Positions 49,262 through 59,590 of a stretch of 64,000 bases of DNA are shown in pieces. This DNA comes from Dehalococcoidia bacterium (GTDB lineage Bacteria > Chloroflexota > Dehalococcoidia > UBA6926), in contig OY762213.1 in assembly GCA_963665385.1 (NCBI GenBank), positions 786,913 to 850,912 of the forward strand. Reading direction: 5' to 3'. Made by a program: the position numbers and the translations under genes. Within the stretch, counting starts at the first letter, position 1; each line of letters starts with the position of its first letter. The notes below the pieces were generated by a model, which saw only the letters and a list, made by a program, of their open reading frames with translations, was not told the DNA's origin and ran no database searches.

Positions 49262-49627
49262 TTATTCAGCGGGGACGTAGGGAGTTGTCTTATCGAGCAG
49301 GAGGCACGGCTCGCCGGTCTGGGCAGAGTCGTCCAGGCTCCATGGGTTGTCGGAATCAAGCGGACGCGTGCGGATGCCGTCGTCGCCTCCAAAGATCAGC
49401 AGGGCGTGGCCCTCGCCGGAATCCTCGACGATCGCCGCGTAGGCGGGGCAGGGGCCGTCCTCGCCCCAGCCAATAACCTCCACCATCGCCAGTTCGCCGC
49501 GGATGCCGGGCGCTTCCACGCGAACGATCTCTTTCGGCTCTTCAACAACGCTGAAGATGCGGTGTAGGGAGAAGTCGCAGTTATTGCCCGCTTCTACTTC
49601 AACCTCAATGAACCTGGCTTTGGTCAC
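49262..49627 (-). CDS. Hypothetical acidic protein
   Basis: AAGGAGG RBS before GTG (49627), TACAAT -10 upstream; no recognisable motif. Confidence 0.72.
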   Translation of the reverse strand: MTKARFIEVEVEAGNNCDFSLHRIFSVVEEPKEIVRVEAPGIRGELAMVEVIGWGEDGPCPAYAAIVEDSGEGHALLIFGGDDGIRTRPLDSDNPWSLDDSAQTGEPCLLLDKTTPYVPAE

Positions 49628-49672
49628 GTGTGCCTCCTTTGGGTGTGGACACATTGTAACTGTGGTCAGGAC

Positions 49673-49808
49673 GCCGCCAACGCCGGAACGCGGAAGCCGA
49701 ACTTCTTCAGCCAACCAACGATGATCACGAATAGAGAATAAAGATTAGTGGCCGCCAACGCCGGAACGCGGCTGCGAAACTCCCCGGCCAACCAACAATG
49801 ATCGCGAA
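49673..49808. repeat. Two-copy direct repeat downstream of ssrA
   Basis: GCCGCCAACGCCGGAACGCGG..GCCAACCAAC..ATGATC(A/G)CGAA beginning near 49673 and 49750. Confidence 0.8.
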
Positions 49809-49817
49809 CTTTAAAAA

Positions 49818-50179
49818 TGGTGGAGGCGGGGGGGAGTTGAACCCCCCGTCCAAAGGCGGCTCCAGGTGCGGCGCTACAGGCTTAGTCGGTCATTAGGTTC
49901 TCGTCGCTCACGGCCCCGGCCGACAGGAATCACGAGCAACCAGCCGGCGATGATCTTTCGCCGCGCGTCACCGGCTGACGTGCGGCGGCACCCCGCTAAA
50001 ATGTCGCTCCGAACCGTCCGCAGGGGTAACGATCCGGAACGTCGCTACCTAAATCTTAGGCTGCGAGTGCGAGTTGCTTGTTGTTGCCAGCTACTCTTTG
50101 TGCCGCGGGATTAACGAGGTCACGGCGCCTCGGCCTGCTCACACACCCTCGCAGACCCCTGTCGAATCCGCGCGCCCCC
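49818..50179 (-). ncRNA. ssrA: tmRNA, tag (A)GNNKQLALAA
   Basis: 5' GGGGGCG..GGATTCGAC, 3' GGTTCAACTCC..CGCCTCCACCA with G3-U wobble; tag reading frame 50088-50056; adjacent to smpB. Confidence 0.95.
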
Positions 50180-50290
50180 ACGTGGTGGCTTGTGTGTCGC
50201 GGCCACTCCCTGCGAGTTGTGACCGCTCCTACAAGTATACGCGCGTACACATGAGGGCGCTCTTCGACAAGCTCCGGGTGAACGGAGCGG

Positions 50291-50803
50291 TCAGTGGCGG
50301 GGCGCCAGCGCCCGCGCCATCTCAAGGTCGGCGTCGCGTTTGGCCAGGACCTGCCGCTTATCAAAGGACTTGCGCCCGCGCGCGAGGCCAAGTTGGAGCT
50401 TGGCCTTGTGGCGCGTGATGTAGAGCCTGAGCGGGATGAGGGTATAGCCGCTGGATGTGACACGCCTCGTGATGTCCATGATCTGCCGCCGGTGGAGGAG
50501 CAACTTGCGGGGGCGTGTCGGCTCATGGTTGTAAATGTTGCCCTGCGCGTACGGCGGGATGTGCATGCCGTGGATCCACACCTCGCCGTTGGCGACGCGG
50601 GCAAACGACTGCGCCAGTGAGACACGTCCTGAGCGGATGGACTTGATCTCCGTGCCGGTCAGGGCGATGCCCACTTCAAGGCTTTCCAGGATGTCGTAAT
50701 CGAAACGGGCGCGGCGATTGTCGGAGACGAGACGATCTCCGCCTGCCGCCTTTTCAGACGCTGCGGCCTTCGCCCCGTTCCGTCGAGCCTTTGACTTCGC
50801 CAT
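50291..50803 (-). CDS. smpB: SsrA-binding protein
   Basis: NRRARFDY, GIALTGTEIKSIR, HIPPY, RKLLLH, RGRKSFDKR. Confidence 0.97.
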   Translation of the reverse strand: MAKSKARRNGAKAAASEKAAGGDRLVSDNRRARFDYDILESLEVGIALTGTEIKSIRSGRVSLAQSFARVANGEVWIHGMHIPPYAQGNIYNHEPTRPRKLLLHRRQIMDITRRVTSSGYTLIPLRLYITRHKAKLQLGLARGRKSFDKRQVLAKRDADLEMARALAPRH

Positions 50804-50951
50804 AATCAAACCATTATAGGAATCTCATTTTCCGAAAGTTGGGGCGTAAAGGTGGGGGGACGCGAGGTTTCCGCGTCACGACGCGAAGAAATCTTTTTCA
50901 GGTTCCTCAGATTCTCTCGCGGATCCTATCTGAGAGGGGCCTCCGCGGCGC

Positions 50952-51007
50952 TTGACATCCCACACTATCAATTGAATATTATCTACTTTGTCTCCCATAT
51001 GTAGGTT
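50952..51007 (+). promoter_or_regulatory. Promoter and candidate NrdR box(es)
   Basis: TTGACA at 50952; CTCCCATATGTAGGTT (50992-51007) fits the NrdR-box core C.ATAT.T.G; weaker ACACTATCAATTGAAT at 50962. Confidence 0.5.
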
Positions 51008-51104
51008 TATTGCAGGACTAATGCAAACATACGTCGGGAGACACGGAAGGACGGGGAGTGAGGAGAGATCGCGAGCAGGCGCCTCACATGGAGGCGGGGC
51101 AGAG

Positions 51105-51638
51105 ATGCGGTGTCAGCACTGCGGGAACGACGATACAAAGGTCCTGGATACCCGCCACAACGATCAAGGTGTGCGCCGGAGGCGTCAATGCAAGGGGTGT
51201 GGAGCACGGTTCAGCACAGTGGAGAGACTGCTCACCACATCGCTGTCTGTCGTCAAGCGGGATGGACGTACGGAGGAGTTCAGTCGTGAGAAGCTCATGG
51301 CAGCCATCCGAACGGCCTGCGCCAAGCGTCCGATCGTCGCGGGGGCCATCGAAAAGATGGTCGATGATATCGAGGATGAACTACAAAAACGCGGACGGGC
51401 TGAAGTGAGCACAAACCTTATCGGCGAGCTGGCGATGGATCGACTCAGCAAGGCTGATCGTGTTGCCTATATCCGTTTCGCCAGTGTCTACCGGGATTTC
51501 GCCGATGAGGACGATTTCCAGCGGGCGGTCGACGGCCTGCGGGATGGCCCCGGCTCCTCATCAGCAGGCCAGATGGCCCTCCTGCCGCCGGAGCGATCAG
51601 GCGGTCGTCCCAGGGGTCGACCCCGTAAGAGAGCATGA
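51105..51638 (+). CDS. nrdR: Transcriptional repressor NrdR
   Basis: MRCQHC..VLDTR, RRRRQC..C..RFSTVE, ATP cone VVKRDG, VAYIRFASVYR. Confidence 0.96.
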   Translation: MRCQHCGNDDTKVLDTRHNDQGVRRRRQCKGCGARFSTVERLLTTSLSVVKRDGRTEEFSREKLMAAIRTACAKRPIVAGAIEKMVDDIEDELQKRGRAEVSTNLIGELAMDRLSKADRVAYIRFASVYRDFADEDDFQRAVDGLRDGPGSSSAGQMALLPPERSGGRPRGRPRKRA

Positions 51639-51737
51639 AGGGCGGTGAATGTGACGAAATACGCCGCCCGCATGTGAAACCTATTTGAGAATACGTAGCG
51701 AGACAGAAAGACCAACAAGTACCAAGGTGATTTGCGA

Positions 51738-54416
51738 ATGTCTTCTTCAGCCAATGAATTCGATGGAGCGGTTGTTGCCGCCAATCGAAACGCATTAAGG
51801 GATGCAGTCTCCGCACAGTTCACGGGTGAGAGTCCGGAACGCATTGAGGAGATCATCGACCTCATCGTCCGCATGACGGACGCGCCGCCGCTTGGCCCGG
51901 ACGGCGCGCTCCATCGGCTGAACGGAGCAGGAAATGGCGATGGCACGGATGCTATCGCCAGGGTTATCGAGGCAGCGCAGCGCAACGCGACAAACGGCCA
52001 TCATGTGAACGGCGCGAACGGAGCGACCGCGTCGTCGGAGTCCGGCTCACGGTGGGACGCGAGCGGGGAGGCGGAGCCGATCATGTCTCCCAACTCCCGC
52101 GCCATCCTGGAGAATCGCTATCTGGCGCGCAACGCGGACAATGAGGTCATTGAGGATCCGCGCGGGCTGTTTGAGCGAGTATCCCGGGCCGTCTCTCAGG
52201 GCGAGGTGTCAGCGGGCGGGACTGAAGCGGAGTCGGTCGAGTGGGCGGGCAAGTTCTACCGCGTGATGTCCACGCTCAAGTTCCTGCCCAACTCCCCGAC
52301 GCTGGTCAACGCCGGCAAGGACGGCCGTGGATCACTGAGCGCATGCTTTGTTGTCTCTCCGAGGGACGACATGAGCTCAATCATGAAGGTCGCCTCCGAC
52401 GCGGCGATGATTGAGAAGTGGGGCGGCGGCATCGGCTTTGGATTCTCTAAACTGCGTCCAAAGGGTGACCCCATCGCCACCACGCACGGTATGGCGTGCG
52501 GGCCGGTGGCCGTGATGAAACTGTATTCCGCCGTGGGCGCGACGCTGACGCAGGGCGCATTCAGGCTCGGCGCGCACATGGGACAACTGAGCGTTCGGCA
52601 CCCGGACGTGCTGGAATTCATCCACGCCAAGGATGATGACGTTTCGCTCCAGAACTTCAATATCTCGGTGCAGGTAACGGATGACTTCATGCGGGCCGTG
52701 GAGGCGGACGCGGATTGGGACCTAATCAGTCCCAAGGACGACCGCGTGACAGACACGGTCAAGGCCCGCGACCTCTGGAGCGATATCTGCAATTCCGCGT
52801 GGAAGACGGGCGATCCTGGGCTGGTGTTCATGGATCGCGTGTGGGAGACGCAGCCGAATCCGCAGCTCGGCCTTATCGAAACGTCCAACCCGTGCGGCGA
52901 GGAGTTCCTGGAGAACTACGGCAACTGCTGCCTCGGCTCCATCGACCTCGCCAAGCATCTGACCCCGGACAAGACGGGGTTTGACTGGACGGCGCTTGAG
53001 GACACCGTGCGGACTGCCGTGCGATTCCTTGACGATGTGATTGAAATCAACACGTTCCCGCTGGCAGAACTGCGGGAAATGAATCTGAAGACGCGACGCA
53101 TCGGCCTCGGCATAATGGGCTGGGCGGACGCGTTGGTAGACCTGACAACTCCGTATGACTCGGAGCAGGCGCTTGATCTCGCGCGGAAAGTCGGCCGCTT
53201 CATCCGCGAGACGGCGTGGTCGGAATCGGAGAAATTGGCAGCGCAGCGCGGGCCGTTCCCGGAGTATGAGAATTCCCGGCTCAAGGAGCAGGGGATGCCG
53301 CCGGTGCGGCACTCGAGCGTGACGACAATCGCGCCAACGGGAACAATTTCACGATTGGCAGATTGCTCATCCGGCATTGAGCCGCATTTCGCCCTGGCGT
53401 GGTGGTCGAACATCCTGTGGGAGGACCACGACGGCACGAGCACGCGATTCCTCGATGCCCCGCTGCCCGTTCGTCGCGCGCTCACCAATGATGTGGGAGA
53501 AGGCACTGCGGAGGAGACGCTGGCGCAGTTGGCCAATGATCCGGCGTGGCGCGATGAGGCCGTTACTGACCTGATCAGCAATCACGGCGTACGCACGGCG
53601 ATGGCCATTGATCCTGACTGGCACGTGCAGATGCAGGCGGCATGGCAGGACAACACCACCAACTCCGTGTCCAAGACCATCAACCTTGCGAATGACGCCA
53701 CGGTGACGGACATCGCCAAGGCGTTCTGGGATGCGTGGACAACGCAGTGCAAGGCCATCACCGTCTATCGTGACGGCTCCAAGAGCATGCAGGTGCTGGA
53801 GACAGGCGTATCGGGCGGCGAGGAAGAGGCGGAGCGGGGCGAGGTGCACCGCATACCGCAGCAGCGCCCCCGGAGTCTCGAAAGCATCACCGATCGCATC
53901 CGAACGGGTCACGGCAATCTATACGTCACCATCACATTCGAGAACGGTCGACCCTTTGAGGTCTTCACAAACCTCGGCAAGGCTGGTTCCAGCGATGCGG
54001 CATACCTGGAGGCAGTAAGCCGTCTCGCATCGCTGGCGCTGCGCTCAGGCGTTGGCGTCGAGCAGGTGATTGATCAGCTGCGCGGCATCACGGACGCCCC
54101 GACGTGGGACGAAGGCCAGCAGGTCCTCAGCGCGCCGGACGCGGTGGCGTTGGCGCTGTTGCGGCACGCCCGCCCCGTCGATGAGGAACGCGACGAGATG
54201 GCAAAGCGAGCGCGGGAAGCCTTCGGTGAGAAGTTTGACCTAAGTGAGTTGGGAGAGATTCACCCGGAAGCTGTGGTGCAGAGCCAACTGTTCCCGGGAG
54301 CGCAGACGTCAACTCCGCGCGCCGGGACACAACCGCAATGCCCCGACTGCTACGGGATATTGATCTTCACTGAGGGCTGCATGATGTGCCTCGCGTGCGG
54401 CTACTCCAAGTGCTAG
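51738..54416 (+). CDS. nrdJ: Class II adenosylcobalamin-dependent ribonucleotide reductase
   Basis: FLPNSPTL, LSACF, TSNPCGE, CCLGSI, RRIGLGIMG, TIAPTGT, SKTIN, C-terminal TSCPD-like domain and Cys-rich zinc ribbon; no beta-subunit gene adjacent. Confidence 0.93.
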   Translation: MSSSANEFDGAVVAANRNALRDAVSAQFTGESPERIEEIIDLIVRMTDAPPLGPDGALHRLNGAGNGDGTDAIARVIEAAQRNATNGHHVNGANGATASSESGSRWDASGEAEPIMSPNSRAILENRYLARNADNEVIEDPRGLFERVSRAVSQGEVSAGGTEAESVEWAGKFYRVMSTLKFLPNSPTLVNAGKDGRGSLSACFVVSPRDDMSSIMKVASDAAMIEKWGGGIGFGFSKLRPKGDPIATTHGMACGPVAVMKLYSAVGATLTQGAFRLGAHMGQLSVRHPDVLEFIHAKDDDVSLQNFNISVQVTDDFMRAVEADADWDLISPKDDRVTDTVKARDLWSDICNSAWKTGDPGLVFMDRVWETQPNPQLGLIETSNPCGEEFLENYGNCCLGSIDLAKHLTPDKTGFDWTALEDTVRTAVRFLDDVIEINTFPLAELREMNLKTRRIGLGIMGWADALVDLTTPYDSEQALDLARKVGRFIRETAWSESEKLAAQRGPFPEYENSRLKEQGMPPVRHSSVTTIAPTGTISRLADCSSGIEPHFALAWWSNILWEDHDGTSTRFLDAPLPVRRALTNDVGEGTAEETLAQLANDPAWRDEAVTDLISNHGVRTAMAIDPDWHVQMQAAWQDNTTNSVSKTINLANDATVTDIAKAFWDAWTTQCKAITVYRDGSKSMQVLETGVSGGEEEAERGEVHRIPQQRPRSLESITDRIRTGHGNLYVTITFENGRPFEVFTNLGKAGSSDAAYLEAVSRLASLALRSGVGVEQVIDQLRGITDAPTWDEGQQVLSAPDAVALALLRHARPVDEERDEMAKRAREAFGEKFDLSELGEIHPEAVVQSQLFPGAQTSTPRAGTQPQCPDCYGILIFTEGCMMCLACGYSKC

Positions 54417-54486
54417 GAGCAGGAATTCCACTACACGCAATCCACACGAAATCAAGACAACCCTCTCATCCTCCTTTATCCCTGGT

Positions 54487-54525
54487 CATCGGGCCGGGGT
54501 GGGGGCCGGCCCGATGGCTTTTTTT
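54487..54525 (+). terminator. Intrinsic terminator
   Basis: CATCGGGCCGG / CCGGCCCGATG stem followed by a T run. Confidence 0.8.
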
Positions 54526-54576
54526 GCGGCTGAGCGGGTCACTGGTCCCCACCGAACCCGCCGAAAGAGTGTATCA

Positions 54577-55524
54577 CTACCGCTCTTCAGCCTTGGCCCT
54601 CTTCAGGACGCCGATGAGCCACAGCCGAAAGTCGCGTTGCTTGACGTCAAAGAGCCAACTGTAGATATTCATCGGAGGATGGCCTGACTCGCTGCGACCA
54701 CCAATTTCTTCGCGCGCGAGTTGCTGTGCCAGCGGCATGTTCTGCTCCCGCAGCGCTGTCTGGCGTCGGGGAACAATCTCATCCACCGGCAAGTACCGGA
54801 CGTTGGTCCTGACTCCAAGATATTCCTGGAAGAGCGCCCAGTATTCCGCGCGCGTCAGGTTGCCGGGTCCGCCAAGCTCATAGATGTTGTTGTAGGCGCG
54901 GCGTTCCAGGTGCGCATGGATGAGGTAATCGGCGAGCTCGTCGAGGAAAATGAAGACCATCGGCTGATCTGGCGTGCCGTAGATGGTCATTGCTCCTCCG
55001 GTCGTCACGGTATAGATCTGCCTGTTCAAGAACTCACCGGAAGCGTCGATCATCCCACCGGGCCGAAACACAGTTCCGGCCACCCGGGCATCGATGAGTC
55101 GCTGATCCGCGCGCGCCTTGGCGGTGTAGACAGGGTAGAATTCCCAGCGCGTGTTGGCCCCGCGGACGGAGATGAGGGCCATGTGTTTGGCGCTGTTCTC
55201 TCCCGCGGCCTCCGTTAGATTGACGGTGCCCTGGTACTCCACCGGTTCTATCAGATGGGCGCCACGCGCAGCGGACTGAGCGCCGACACAGGCAATGACC
55301 CAATCAATACCCTGCGTTGCGGCGATGAGCGAGCCCTTGTCCTGGTAGTCACCCTCCACGTACTCAACGCCATCGACGGGTTGTTCAGGGATGGTCGAGT
55401 GGATAAGAGCACGGACATTCGCGCCGGCGTCACGGAGCTTCTGCACGACAATGCTGCCTGTGCGTCCGGATGCGCCGGTGACAAGGTAGTTGCCCTGCGC
55501 GATGTCCTGTTGGGTGAATGGCAT
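54577..55524 (-). CDS. Atypical SDR / NmrA-like NAD(P)-binding protein
   Basis: VTGASGRTG, Y..AK, FRPGG, YELGGP. Confidence 0.85.
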   Translation of the reverse strand: MPFTQQDIAQGNYLVTGASGRTGSIVVQKLRDAGANVRALIHSTIPEQPVDGVEYVEGDYQDKGSLIAATQGIDWVIACVGAQSAARGAHLIEPVEYQGTVNLTEAAGENSAKHMALISVRGANTRWEFYPVYTAKARADQRLIDARVAGTVFRPGGMIDASGEFLNRQIYTVTTGGAMTIYGTPDQPMVFIFLDELADYLIHAHLERRAYNNIYELGGPGNLTRAEYWALFQEYLGVRTNVRYLPVDEIVPRRQTALREQNMPLAQQLAREEIGGRSESGHPPMNIYSWLFDVKQRDFRLWLIGVLKRAKAEER

Positions 55525-55617
55525 CGTTCCTCCTGTAACTGAGTTCGTAATTCCTGCGAAGGCGAGAATCTGGCGTCGGGATTCCCGCGTCAGGCACGGG
55601 AACGCCGGTGGATGGTG

Positions 55618-57132
55618 TTAGCTCTCGTTCAACATGTCTTCGACGAGGCGGACGAGCGTGCGGACCGGTTGGCCTGTTGCGCCGCGTGTCTGCCAGCCCC
55701 TCTCGCGATCCGTCGCGGAAACAGATGCGATATCCAGGTGCGCCCAGGGTGTGTCTTCGGCGAATTCCTGCAGGAACTTGGCAGCGGTGATGGAACCGGC
55801 AGGCTGCCCGCCGGTGTTCTTGACCGTGGCGACGCTGCTCTTGATCTGCTCCTTGTAGTCGTCCCACAAAGGCATCCGCCACATCTTCTCACCGGTCGCC
55901 TCGGACGCATCCTGCAGCCGGCTCGCAACCTCATCATCGTTGGCAAAAAGTCCCATAGCCACGTTGCCAAGGGCGACGCGGATCGCGCCGGTGAGCGTGG
56001 CCACGTCAATGAGCGGCGTCATGCCCTTGTTGTTCGCATAAGAGAGGGCATCGGCCAGGATGAGACGGCCCTCAGCATCCGTGTTCTCAACCTCCATCGT
56101 CTTGCCGTTCATGGCCGTGAGGACATCGCCAGGTTTCGTCGCGCCGCCGCCGGGGAGATTCTCCGTGGCAGGAACGAGGCCCGTGACGTTGATAGGGAGG
56201 CCGAGGCGTCCGATGGCCTGTACTGCGCCAATGACCGCCGCGCCGCCTGCCATATCGCCCTTCATAGCGCTCATGTTTGCAGACGGCTTGATGGAGATGC
56301 CGCCGGAATCAAAAGTGACGCCCTTGCCAATGAGAGCGACGGTGGGGCGCGTGTTGTCAGGGTCGCCCTTGTGCTCGAGGATGATGAATGCGGGTGGTTC
56401 ATGGGAACCGGCAGTGACACCGAGCAGGCCGCCCATGCCCATCTCCGTGATCTCACCAACGCTGAGGTTGGTGAACGTGACACCTGCGGCATCCGCGGCA
56501 TCTTGTGCCCGCTGTGCGAGTATGGTCGGCGTCATGCGGTTGGCGGGCTCATTGGCAAGATCGCGAGCAAGCGCAACTGCCTCTGCGATGATCGCCCCTC
56601 GATCCAGCCCGCGTTCCAGTTCAGTCAGGTCGACATCGTCTTCAGTGAGGAAAGTGACGGACTCCAGTTCGCGGCCCTTGTCGTCATCCTGAGCATCGGC
56701 ATTTGCGGTGATGCGATACGAGCCAAGCAGCGCGCCTTCCGCCGCCGCCTGCGCCGCGTCCACCGCGTTGAGATAGTGAGCGGCGGGACGGAAGGCGGTC
56801 ATTTGCTTGTAGCCGTTCGAGCGAGCACGGCGAACCACATCCGCGGCCAGACGGCGCAGTAGACTGGCGTCCGCCTTATCCACCGGGCCCCCGCCGACGA
56901 CCATCACCCGACGCGGGCTTATTCGCCCCTGGGTATGGATGATCGTCATTTCTCCCGGCTTGCCGCGGATCTCGCCGTCTTCAATCAGCGCCGAAATCTG
57001 GCCGTCCAACGCCTCATCCACCTGACCGGCCGCCCCCGGCAGGGGGGACTCCAGCATTCCCTGATAGACCCCGACTACGGCGCAATCGGCCTCCACGTCA
57101 GTCAGGCTTCCTTTGGCGACTTTCAGTTCCAT
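55618..57132 (-). CDS. pepA: Leucyl aminopeptidase (M17)
   Basis: GKGVTFDSGG, MKGDMAG, NTDAEGRL.LAD, ATLTGA, WAHLDIA. Confidence 0.96.
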   Translation of the reverse strand: MELKVAKGSLTDVEADCAVVGVYQGMLESPLPGAAGQVDEALDGQISALIEDGEIRGKPGEMTIIHTQGRISPRRVMVVGGGPVDKADASLLRRLAADVVRRARSNGYKQMTAFRPAAHYLNAVDAAQAAAEGALLGSYRITANADAQDDDKGRELESVTFLTEDDVDLTELERGLDRGAIIAEAVALARDLANEPANRMTPTILAQRAQDAADAAGVTFTNLSVGEITEMGMGGLLGVTAGSHEPPAFIILEHKGDPDNTRPTVALIGKGVTFDSGGISIKPSANMSAMKGDMAGGAAVIGAVQAIGRLGLPINVTGLVPATENLPGGGATKPGDVLTAMNGKTMEVENTDAEGRLILADALSYANNKGMTPLIDVATLTGAIRVALGNVAMGLFANDDEVASRLQDASEATGEKMWRMPLWDDYKEQIKSSVATVKNTGGQPAGSITAAKFLQEFAEDTPWAHLDIASVSATDRERGWQTRGATGQPVRTLVRLVEDMLNES

Positions 57133-57231
57133 TTGGTGTTCTCCTTGAGATCGCGCACTCTCTTACGTGGAGAGGGGTCTGTGGATTCCCGCGAGAACGG
57201 GAATGACGAATGCATGTGGCTTGTTTGGCGA

Positions 57232-57894
57232 TTATAGCGGTTTGAGGGCGGCGGGCTTGGGGTCATGCTGGAGCTCGGCGGCGATTCGCTCCAGGGCGGG
57301 TGTGATGTCCTGCGACGTGTCAACGGTGATATGGTCGCGGCGGATTGGCTGAGCGCTTTGCTGCATTCGGGTGTAGACAGCTATGTCAGCCGTTGACTTG
57401 TCATCAGTCTCGTGACCTGAATTCAGGTTGGCCACGCGCTGGGCAAGCCGATCACGGATCACGTTTTCCGGCGCAGTAGTCTCAATGATCAACAGCGGAG
57501 CGCCAACCCGATCCGCTACGTCGTACAGCATCCTTCGATTCCGCCTTCTCAGATTGGTGGCATCCACGACAACTTGATGCCCGTACCGGAGGAGCCGTTC
57601 AAGGAGACGGTGGAGGGCGGGGAATAGTCGCGCGTTCTCTGCGCCTCCGTGGTTTGGGTCGGTAAACAGGATTGCTCGCAGTGCGTCGCTTTCCAGCACT
57701 AACAGTGAAGGTGCCAACTGGAGCAGCCTCTGGCAGAAGTACGATTTCCCGCTCCCGGGTAGTCCGGAGAGCAGGATGAGGGCAGGGTGTCCCGCTGTAA
57801 TTGGGAGGCTACCCAAGCCCCGGTATAGGGATTCGGCGTCCTGATCGCGGCGTGAGATTGGGAGAATCTGACTGGAGCCGCGGGCCTCATTCAT
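57232..57894 (-). CDS. P-loop kinase-like protein (AAA_33 type)
   Basis: SGLPGSGKS, SDALR, VVDATN; ATGA overlap with the upstream gene. Confidence 0.85.
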   Translation of the reverse strand: MNEARGSSQILPISRRDQDAESLYRGLGSLPITAGHPALILLSGLPGSGKSYFCQRLLQLAPSLLVLESDALRAILFTDPNHGGAENARLFPALHRLLERLLRYGHQVVVDATNLRRRNRRMLYDVADRVGAPLLIIETTAPENVIRDRLAQRVANLNSGHETDDKSTADIAVYTRMQQSAQPIRRDHITVDTSQDITPALERIAAELQHDPKPAALKPL

Positions 57895-58568
57895 TGGTCG
57901 GAGCTGGGCCGATCAAGGAACAGGATAGCGAACAGGGAACGATCCGGAGCCTCGCCAGTCTCAGGATCCGGGGGCCAGGGAGCGGTCGCTCTGCGGAGGA
58001 ACGTCAATCCAAGAATGATAGCGCCGGAGATCGCCGTCACATACTCACCCATGGCGAGTCCCACAATGGTGTACGCGCCCATCCCGCCAATAACCGCAAT
58101 TGGAATCATGCGGCTCGGCGGCGCTGACGCGACCTTCGGCAACACGTTTCGAATGATCTTCCGTGCACCGAATAGCAGGAAGATGCCGAAGCCAAATACA
58201 AACGCCAACGGGTCGATTGCGACCAGTGCGCCGGCGGCTGTGCCATTGCCGCGCCCACCCTGGAAGCGGAGGGTCACGGGCCACATCTGGCCAACGACTG
58301 CTCCAATGCCCCCTGCCGCGAGGAGCCATTGCGTGTCATCGCCCGGGAAAATAGCCATGGCGAGCAGGGCAGCCACTGTTCCCTTGCCGACCTCAATAAG
58401 GACGGACAGCATGCCAATGGCCATGCCGGAGTGCCGCCAGAGGTTGCCCGCGCCGATGTTGCCTGTGCCAACGGAATGCAGATCAATGCCGCGCGCTCGC
58501 CCCACAAAGTAGATGATCGGGGCTGCGCCGATGATGTATCCGAGAATGAATGCTGCGATGTATGTCAC
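57891..58568 (-). CDS. PlsY-like acyltransferase, divergent
   Basis: GYIIGA.P, GIDL..GTGNIGAGN, EVGKG, WPV..RFQGGRG; C-terminal HxxN motif absent. Confidence 0.8.
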   Translation of the reverse strand: MTYIAAFILGYIIGAAPIIYFVGRARGIDLHSVGTGNIGAGNLWRHSGMAIGMLSVLIEVGKGTVAALLAMAIFPGDDTQWLLAAGGIGAVVGQMWPVTLRFQGGRGNGTAAGALVAIDPLAFVFGFGIFLLFGARKIIRNVLPKVASAPPSRMIPIAVIGGMGAYTIVGLAMGEYVTAISGAIILGLTFLRRATAPWPPDPETGEAPDRSLFAILFLDRPSSDQ

Positions 58569-58610
58569 GGGTTGGTCGACCAGGGGAATCCCATCAGCGC
58601 TGCTGCCGAT

Positions 58611-59576
58611 CTATCGCGGCCACGCGTTTTGCTCAAGCCACTCGTTCGTGTCCGGTTCGCGAATGGTTACGACATATGGGGCGATGATGAGAAACAGGGT
58701 GGGCAATGACAGGGCCGCAGTCACGATTACACGGAAAGCGATGTCGATACCGCCGGAGATCAAGAGGAAACCGAGGGGAAGAGAGGCGGCCAACAGCCCA
58801 ACCTTGAACAGGCGGTCCGTCATCCTGACGGCAGCTGCGACAACGATGGCAAACGCGCCAAAGAGCACCGCATTCTGTGCCTCGGCCTGCTCGATGGTCG
58901 CATAGACGCCACGCTCAAAGGCGAGGATGGCGACGGCCAACAGGGTCATCGGCAGTACGACAAGGATTGCGTGAATCCAGTCCTTGCGGCTCAGCCACGC
59001 CATCAACGCGCCGATCACGCCAAGGCCGGCAACACCAAGCCCGATTCCGAGAACCCAGCTCAACGGATCACGCGCTTCGTAACCGCCGCCCAACACGCTC
59101 CAGGCGGCATAGGCAGTCGTCCCCAGGCTGACCATGCTGATGAGCAGGACGGGGAAGAGGGCGTATCCAAGCCACGAGAATACCCAGGCGCGGCGGCCAA
59201 ATCGGTAGACGCCAAGCGCGCTTATTACAATCGCGACTGCGGCCGCGCCAACGATCCATTCCAGATCCAGCCATCGGTTTGTTGCGAAAAGGAAGGCGAC
59301 GAACAGGCTCGGAAATGCGGACAACGCCACGTCCGGCCACGTTCCCTGGTTTCGGATGCGCTCCAATTGCGCTGTGACGGTACGCGTATCCCCGAAGGCG
59401 CGGACAGCCTGCGCTCTGGCCTCAACGGGATTGAGACCACTCTCACGCAAGGTGTTGCTGTGATCCTCGATGTGATCAGCCAGCTCCCGGAGTACACTCC
59501 GACGCGACCGGATTCTCGTGAGAACCTGGCTCGTCAGGGCCTGGATGGGAGTGGAGATGCTGCTCGGTGACGGCAT
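58611..59576 (-). CDS. Membrane protein with N-terminal permease-prefix-like domain
   Basis: ELADHIED..EA..QAVRAFGD followed by multiple TM helices; follows PadR. Confidence 0.78.
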   Translation of the reverse strand: MPSPSSISTPIQALTSQVLTRIRSRRSVLRELADHIEDHSNTLRESGLNPVEARAQAVRAFGDTRTVTAQLERIRNQGTWPDVALSAFPSLFVAFLFATNRWLDLEWIVGAAAVAIVISALGVYRFGRRAWVFSWLGYALFPVLLISMVSLGTTAYAAWSVLGGGYEARDPLSWVLGIGLGVAGLGVIGALMAWLSRKDWIHAILVVLPMTLLAVAILAFERGVYATIEQAEAQNAVLFGAFAIVVAAAVRMTDRLFKVGLLAASLPLGFLLISGGIDIAFRVIVTAALSLPTLFLIIAPYVVTIREPDTNEWLEQNAWPR

Positions 59577-59590
59577 GTCCGTATGGGTCG

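Noticed and set aside
51639-51737. Cobalamin riboswitch before nrdJ
   Set aside because: The spacer is about 100 nt with no recognisable B12-box; NrdR control is the simpler explanation.
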